A DNA stretch of 63,970 bases, counting the filler, from Caldilineae bacterium (GTDB lineage Bacteria; Chloroflexota; Anaerolineae; DTLA01): assembly GCA_037446815.1 (NCBI GenBank). It is 4 parts of 4 records of this genome, joined end to end, with 100 filler letters (N's around TTAATTAATTAA, not from the genome) between each part and the next. Parts side by side here need not be neighbours in the genome. Positions count along the whole stretch, not along the records: positions 49,085 to 63,970 come from JBBIHX010000061.1; 3 more parts are not named here. The stretch is one strand, 5' to 3'. The position numbers and the translations under genes were made by a program. Within the stretch, counting starts at the first letter, position 1. Every line of letters starts with the position of its first letter. Below the pieces are notes generated by a model. That model saw only the letters and a program-made list of their open reading frames with translations. It made no database searches and was not told the DNA's origin. Positions 58,554-63,970 of this stretch are shown here, piece by piece.

Positions 58554-59483
58554 ATGAGAAGGCATATCGTAGCCCTGGTGGGAATCCTCGTCATCGTGGC
58601 GCTGCTGGCGTCTTGCGGGGGCGGCGCCAAGAAACTGGATTTGCGCCTGCGCCTGGAGGCTGGCAAGTCCTACGGCGCCAAGATGGTCGCCGATCAAACC
58701 ATCACCCAAACCCTGGCCGGGCAGACGCAGACGATGTCCCAGACGATCGGAATGGCCTACACGTACCATGTCCAAGGCGTTGAATCCGACGGCACCCTGC
58801 GGGTGAAGGTAACCTACGACTGGGTGCGGGTGGGGCAGGATGGGCCGATGGGCTCGTTCTCCTACGACTCGGCCAACCCGCCCGCCACGATCCCCGATGC
58901 GGCTCTGGGCTACGCGGCGCTGGTCGGGCAGGGTTTCTCCATGCAGATGCGACCGAACGGCGAAATCGTGGACGTGCAAGGCGTGGACGAAATGCTGTCC
59001 CACATGCTGGATGCCATGGGCGTGCCCGCGGGAAGCGCGCGCGACGAACTGGAGGCAAGCCTGCGGTCGCAATTCGGCAGCGAGGCCTTGAAGGAGAGTT
59101 TTGAGAAAGCCGCGCTGTTCTATCCCGACAAGCCGGTGGCCATCGGCGAATCGTGGAGCAAGGATATTGCTCTGGAGACGGGCATGCCCATGGTGCTGGC
59201 CACCACGTGGACGCTGAAGGCGCGCAAGGACGGTGTCGCCGTGGTGGAGACCCGTTCCGACATCCAGCGCAATCCCGAGGCGAAACCCGTGGAGATGGCC
59301 GGCCTGACCATCACCTACGAACTGTCGGGCGAGCAGAGCGGCAGCATGGAATTGGACGAGAAGACCGGCTGGCTACTCCGCGGCGCGCTGAAGCAGAACC
59401 TCTCGGGGCAGATTTCGGCCATGGGCATGACCTGGCCCATGACGGTGGTCAGCGACATCCGTTTTGAGCCGTGGGAGAAGTAG
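58554..59483 (+). CDS. Lipoprotein, DUF6263-like
   Basis: Lipobox LASC; L.L..GKSY, YDS, P.KPV.IGESW, D..TG. Confidence 0.75.
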   Translation: MRRHIVALVGILVIVALLASCGGGAKKLDLRLRLEAGKSYGAKMVADQTITQTLAGQTQTMSQTIGMAYTYHVQGVESDGTLRVKVTYDWVRVGQDGPMGSFSYDSANPPATIPDAALGYAALVGQGFSMQMRPNGEIVDVQGVDEMLSHMLDAMGVPAGSARDELEASLRSQFGSEALKESFEKAALFYPDKPVAIGESWSKDIALETGMPMVLATTWTLKARKDGVAVVETRSDIQRNPEAKPVEMAGLTITYELSGEQSGSMELDEKTGWLLRGALKQNLSGQISAMGMTWPMTVVSDIRFEPWEK

Positions 59484-59502
59484 GCGGGGACGCGCCGCTT
59501 CC

Positions 59503-59652
59503 GATTCGGTTTCATCTTGTGTTGGTGAGCCGCAGGCGCACTCTGCCCGTGTGTCATTGCGAGCGAAGCGAAGCAATCCCACGCCCCGGAGATTGCTTCG
59601 GGCACTGCGTGCCCTCGCAATGACGGCTACCAACAGACTTTGGAACCGAATC
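59503..59652 (-). mobile_element. MITE variant A (150 bp)
   Basis: Both TIRs; perfect flanks CCGCTTCC/CCGCTTCC. Confidence 0.92.
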
Positions 59653-59673
59653 CCGCTTCCCCATGGGAACGCG

Positions 59674-59701
59674 CAAGCCCCGCCGATTCCGGCGGGGCTT
59701 G
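59674..59701. terminator. Hairpin downstream of the tRNA cluster
   Basis: CAAGCCCCGCCG-ATTC-CGGCGGGGCTTG; U-tract weak. Confidence 0.55.
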
Positions 59702-59704
59702 TTG

Positions 59705-59781
59705 TGGCGCGCCTGGCGGGACTTGAACCCACAGCAGACGGTTTCGTAGACCGGCCCTCTATCCAATTGAGGTACAGGCGC
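59705..59781 (-). tRNA. tRNA-Arg(ACG)
   Basis: Cloverleaf; anticodon loop CT-ACG-AA; encoded CCA; C27-U43 mismatch. Confidence 0.93.
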
Positions 59782-59784
59782 GCG

Positions 59785-59860
59785 TGGTACCCCAGACAGG
59801 ACTTGAACCTGTGGCCTCAGCGTCCGCAGCGCTGCGCTCTATCCCCTGAGCTACTGGGGC
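59785..59860 (-). tRNA. tRNA-Arg(GCG)
   Basis: Cloverleaf; CAGCG-CT-GCG-GA-CGCTG; encoded CCA. Confidence 0.92.
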
Positions 59861-59864
59861 ACAA

Positions 59865-59957
59865 GGCGGGGAGGCAGGGATTCGAACCCTGGGTACAGCT
59901 TTTAGGCCGTACAACCGCTTAGCAGGCGGCCCCGATCGTCCTCTCCGGCACCTCCCC
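59865..59957 (-). tRNA. tRNA-Ser(GCT)
   Basis: Loop CT-GCT-AA; long variable arm; CCA not fully encoded. Confidence 0.94.
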
Positions 59958-59976
59958 GAGGGTGTATGCAATTCTC

Positions 59977-60066
<90 letters not shown>

Positions 60067-60102
60067 AACGCGGATTCGGCGTGTGCCCTCCACCGCATAC
60101 AC

Positions 60103-60131
60103 AGTATACCGCAGCGGCGGATATGTGTCAA
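60103..60131 (-). promoter_or_regulatory. Promoter of the tRNA operon
   Basis: TTGACA-17 nt-TATACT on the minus strand. Confidence 0.8.
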
Positions 60132-60263
60132 ACTTGACGCGGCCCCGCCGCTCGGGATGGGGGAGATTTCACCGGGATTGTGGGGGCAGGTCTCAGACCT
60201 GCCCCTACACGGCGCGGCAACATTCCATAACGCCCTCTGCGGTGAAACCAACCTCACCGCTCC

Positions 60264-61187
60264 CTACGCGCCGCGCGCTGCCTCCAGAATTCGCCCCATC
60301 ATTTGCGGGTCGTCGCGAAGAAGCCCCGACGCCGGAAGCCGCTGAACCAGCAGCGCCAGGTTCGGGTCGCGGGCGAACACGTCGCGGAAGATGGGCAGCG
60401 CCTCGTCCACGCGCCCCATGTCGGCCAGCGTTACCGCGTGCCAGAACGGGAGTTCGGCGATGTCCGGCACCATCTCGGCGGCGGCGCGGTACTCGTCCAG
60501 GGCCGCCTCCACCTGCCCCTTGCCCAGCAGTTCGTCGCCCAGGTTCATGCGGCGATAGGCGCGGTGCACCGTCAGCAGGCGGCGCAGTTCGGCGATGGGC
60601 GCGGGGTGATCCTCCACCCGCAACTCCACCACCACGTCGTCCCACGGCCTGTCCGTGGCCTGCGCGGGGACAACCAGCAGGGCCGCGCTCTGCTGGCCGC
60701 GCACGTCGCCGCCCGCGGCCTGGGCGGCTTCCAGCGCGCGGACGAGCCGCTCGGCCAGGTCGCCCGTCGCCGCGCGGTACGCCTCGTACATGGTGGGCCA
60801 CACGCGGTTGTTGAGCATCATGTTGGCCTGCACCGAGAAGCCGTCACCCACGATGTGGCCGGCCTCGGCGATGCACCGCGCGCCGGTGTGCGCCGCCACG
60901 CGCCCCTGCGCGTCCACCATCGCCACCTGGCGCAGTTCGCGGCGCTCGTCTGCCGCCAAGAGTTCGGCCAGGGCGTCGGGCGCGGACTTGCCCTGCGCCA
61001 TCTGCTCCAGGCCGCGCGGGCCGTAGGCTACCTCCACCAGCGACTGGGTGGCGACGGCCCCCACACCCGCCCTGGCCCATGCCACGAGCCTGCCCACCCC
61101 GAACCAGTGGGATTGCACCGCGACGCCCATCTCGCCGGTTGCGGGGTCGCGGGCCACAATGGAGAATGTGTGCGTGCGCATCGTCAT
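60264..61187 (-). CDS. DUF1028 (Ntn-hydrolase-like) protein with C-terminal TPR
   Basis: TFSIVARD...GVAVQS, GVGAVATQ, QANMM, GGD.RG.QSAAL, LRVEDH..P. Confidence 0.92.
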   Translation of the reverse strand: MTMRTHTFSIVARDPATGEMGVAVQSHWFGVGRLVAWARAGVGAVATQSLVEVAYGPRGLEQMAQGKSAPDALAELLAADERRELRQVAMVDAQGRVAAHTGARCIAEAGHIVGDGFSVQANMMLNNRVWPTMYEAYRAATGDLAERLVRALEAAQAAGGDVRGQQSAALLVVPAQATDRPWDDVVVELRVEDHPAPIAELRRLLTVHRAYRRMNLGDELLGKGQVEAALDEYRAAAEMVPDIAELPFWHAVTLADMGRVDEALPIFRDVFARDPNLALLVQRLPASGLLRDDPQMMGRILEAARGA

Positions 61188-61269
61188 GGAACACCTGCCT
61201 GCACGGGATTTGCTGCAATTGTACCATCGGCCGCGACCTCGCGCAACGCGCGAAGGGTATTCGCCGCCC

Positions 61270-61419
61270 GAGTCGGTTCCATCTTGTGTTGGTGAAACGC
61301 ATTGACACTCTCCTCGTGTGTCGTTGCGAGCGAAGCGAAGCAACCTCACGCCCCGGCGATTGCTTCGGGCGCTGCGCGCCCTCGCAATGACAAACACCAA
61401 CAGACTTTGGAACCGAGTC
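61270..61419 (-). mobile_element. MITE variant A (150 bp)
   Basis: Both TIRs; perfect flanks CGCCGCCC/CGCCGCCC. Confidence 0.92.
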
Positions 61420-61435
61420 CGCCGCCCTCCCCACA

Positions 61436-61464
61436 TTGACGAGGCGGGGCGCTCGTGATAAAAT
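61436..61464 (+). promoter_or_regulatory. sigma70-type promoter
   Basis: TTGACG-17 nt-TAAAAT with extended TG. Confidence 0.65.
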
Positions 61465-61494
61465 CACGTCGCAGCCAATAGCCGGATAGGAACT

Positions 61495-62391
61495 GTGATA
61501 GACCTGTCTGTCGTGATCGTAAACTACAATACAAAGGCGCTCCTGCGCGACTGCCTGCGCTCGGTGTTGGACGGCCGCGGCCTCAACGGCCTGGACGTGA
61601 TCGTCGTGGACAACGCATCCACCGACAGCAGCGCCGACATGGTGCGCGAGGAGTTCCCGCAGGTGCGGCTCATCGCCAGCCCCGTCAATGGCGGGTACTC
61701 GTATGCCAACAACCTCGGCTTGCGGGCGGCCCAACCGTCGCGGTACTATCTCCTGCTGAACCCGGACACGGTCGTGCCGCCGTCGGCGCTGGCCGACATG
61801 GTCGCCTACATGGATTCCAAGCCCGACGCGGGGGTCGCGGGGCCGCGCCTGGTGCTGGCCGACGGCAGCCTGGACCTGGCGTGTCGGCGCGGGTTCCCTA
61901 CGCCCATGGTCTCCCTGTACCGACTGAGCGGCCTCAGCCGCCTGTTCCCCAAGAGCACGCGCTTCGGTCGCTACAACATGACGTTCCTAGACCCGGACGA
62001 CGAGGCCGAGGTGGATTCGGTAGTCGGCGCGTTCATGATGGTGCGGGCCGAGGCCATGGAGCAGGCGGGTCTCCTGGACGAGACGTTCTTCATGTACGGC
62101 GAAGACTTGGATTGGGCGTACCGCATTCGGCAGAAAGGGTGGAAGGTGTACTACAACCCGGCCGTAACCGTGCTGCACTACAAGCGGGCCGCCAGCCGTC
62201 ACAGCCGTCGCGCCCAGTTTGAGTTCCAGCGCGCCATGTACATCTTCTACCGCAAGCATTACGCGGCCACCACGAACCGCATCCTTCATGTCCTCATCCT
62301 GTGCGGGCTTGTCCTGCGGGGCGGAATCCCGATGCTGCGCGAGATTCTGTCCCGGCCGCAGTCTCCGAAGGCAGAGGAGATGACCCCATGA
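61495..62391 (+). CDS. Glycosyltransferase family 2 (WbbL-like)
   Basis: [32 protein letters not shown]. Confidence 0.93.
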   Translation: MIDLSVVIVNYNTKALLRDCLRSVLDGRGLNGLDVIVVDNASTDSSADMVREEFPQVRLIASPVNGGYSYANNLGLRAAQPSRYYLLLNPDTVVPPSALADMVAYMDSKPDAGVAGPRLVLADGSLDLACRRGFPTPMVSLYRLSGLSRLFPKSTRFGRYNMTFLDPDDEAEVDSVVGAFMMVRAEAMEQAGLLDETFFMYGEDLDWAYRIRQKGWKVYYNPAVTVLHYKRAASRHSRRAQFEFQRAMYIFYRKHYAATTNRILHVLILCGLVLRGGIPMLREILSRPQSPKAEEMTP

Positions 62392-63785
62392 CGAAACGCA
62401 GCGAGTGGCTCCTGAAGGGTTTACTGGTGTTCCTGGACGCGGCGCTGGCGGCGCTGGCGTTCTACCTGGCCTACCTGTGGCGGCTGCGCACGGAGAACCC
62501 GCCCGCCGTGAACATCCTGCCTTTCCGCGGCTACCTCGGCATGATGGCCATCCAGGTGGGGTCGCTGCTCACGGCGTTTCTCCTGGCGCGCCTGTACCAC
62601 CTGAAGCGCGGCGTCTCGCGGCTGGACGTGCTGACGTCGCTGGTGGCGGCGGCCTCCATCGGCATCCTGTTGACCAGCGCGTTTACATCCCTGTTGTACA
62701 AGAACGAACTGGACTATCCGCGCCTGATGCTCGTGTACTCGTGGGTGCTGACCATCCTCCTGGTGGGCATGGGCAGGCTCGCCCACGATGCCCTGGAGAG
62801 CCGACTGCGCGCCCGTGGCTTCGCTGCGTACAACACCCTTATCGTGGGCACGGGCGAAGTGGGGCGCATGATCCTCAACAAGATTCGCCAGTCGCCCGCG
62901 CTGGGATACAAGATCGTGGGGTTTGTGGACGAATCGTGCGGGCAGACCGACGTGATGGGCGTGCCGGTGCTCGGGACGACCGCAGACCTGCCGCAACTGA
63001 TAGACGCCCACGCCGTGGACCAGGTCATCATCGCCATGCCCGAACGCTCGCACCAGGAACTGCTGGAGATCATCGCGCTGTGCCAGCGGGGCCGCGTGGA
63101 GATCAAGGTCTTCCCCGACGTGTTCCAGATTATCGCGTCGGAGATGAGCATCGGCGACCTCAACGGCTTGCCGCTCCTGACGGTGCGGGACATCGCGTTG
63201 CGCGGTTGGAAGTTGACACTGAAACGCGGCATGGACATCGTGGGCAGCGCCTTGGCGCTCATCTTCCTGTCGCCGCTGATGCTCCTGGTGGCCGCGCTGG
63301 TCAAACTGGAGTCGCCCGGGCCGGTCTTCTACGTGCAGGAGCGGGTGGGGTTGGATGGCAAGCCGTTCCAGGTGCTCAAGTTCCGCACCATGCGCCAGGA
63401 TGCCGAGGCCAACGGCCCAGGCTGGACTGTTGCCAACGATCCGCGTCGCACGCGGCTGGGCAAGTTCCTGCGCCGCTACTCCATAGACGAGTTGCCGCAG
63501 TTCATCAATGTCCTCATCGGCGAGATGAGCCTGGTGGGGCCTCGGCCCGAGCGCCCGATGTACGTGGAGCAGTTCCGCCAGGCGATCCCGCGCTACATGG
63601 AGCGCCACCGCGAGAAGGCCGGCATCACCGGCTGGGCCCAGGTGAACGGCCTGCGGGGCGATACCTCCATCGTGGAGCGCACCAAGTACGACCTGTGGTA
63701 CATTGAGAACTGGTCCCTCTGGCTGGACATCAAGATTCTCCTTCGGACGCTGGTGCACTTCGCGAAGGACGACAACGCGTACTAG
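62388..63785 (+). CDS. Undecaprenyl-phosphate sugar phosphotransferase (WcaJ-like priming GT)
   Basis: [44 protein letters not shown]. Confidence 0.95.
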   Translation: MTKRSEWLLKGLLVFLDAALAALAFYLAYLWRLRTENPPAVNILPFRGYLGMMAIQVGSLLTAFLLARLYHLKRGVSRLDVLTSLVAAASIGILLTSAFTSLLYKNELDYPRLMLVYSWVLTILLVGMGRLAHDALESRLRARGFAAYNTLIVGTGEVGRMILNKIRQSPALGYKIVGFVDESCGQTDVMGVPVLGTTADLPQLIDAHAVDQVIIAMPERSHQELLEIIALCQRGRVEIKVFPDVFQIIASEMSIGDLNGLPLLTVRDIALRGWKLTLKRGMDIVGSALALIFLSPLMLLVAALVKLESPGPVFYVQERVGLDGKPFQVLKFRTMRQDAEANGPGWTVANDPRRTRLGKFLRRYSIDELPQFINVLIGEMSLVGPRPERPMYVEQFRQAIPRYMERHREKAGITGWAQVNGLRGDTSIVERTKYDLWYIENWSLWLDIKILLRTLVHFAKDDNAY

Positions 63786-63799
63786 CGCGCCCCGCGCGG

Positions 63800-63970
63800 C
63801 CCCGCTCCCTCGCCCATTGGGAGAAGGCTGGGGTGAGGGGCGAGATTCTTCGCTCTCCGCCACTCAGAATGACGGTAGATACCAACAGACTTGGAGACCG
63901 AACCGTGCCGACGATTCGGTTCCATCTTGTGTTGGTGAACCGTGGGCGCACTCTCCTCGTGTGTCATTGC
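63800..63970 (-). mobile_element. Partial MITE variant B (to 63904) plus variant A (from 63913, cut by window end)
   Basis: Two element ends separated by exactly 8 bp (GTGCCGAC). Confidence 0.8.

Noticed and set aside
59640..59710. Integrative element at the tRNA-Arg 3' end
   Set aside because: No duplicated tRNA end or integrase seen; only a hairpin and a MITE with its own TSD

Overview
High-GC bacterial DNA, probably Chloroflexota/Anaerolineae-like (inferred from gene style, T/P-rich secreted proteins and 'LPL/V' tail motifs). The window is four contigs joined by artificial N-TTAATTAATTAA-N linkers (17041-17140, 33733-33832, 48985-49084), so adjacency across them is not biological. It is mostly housekeeping and envelope genes (polA, argS, ABC transporter, comM/yifB, greA-lysS, GH57, membrane PPase, yqeY-HD-ybeY-dgkA-pepA, ECF sigma, four tRNAs, GT2/priming GT). 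The clearest unexplained structure is a dispersed non-autonomous element family: 150-bp and 175-bp variants share ~24-bp terminal inverted repeats, carry different palindromic cores, have 8-bp target-site duplications and often sit just upstream of promoters. Other candidates are a Tat lipoprotein plus radical SAM/SPASM pair, a toxin-antitoxin islet flanked by a duplicated comM 3' end, tandem tRNA-Arg(GCG) and tRNA-Arg(ACG), an orphan structured sRNA, a 6S-like RNA, a riboswitch-like leader before the PPase, and a glycoside hydrolase/O-antigen-ligase fusion. All calls are by eye; no searches were run.
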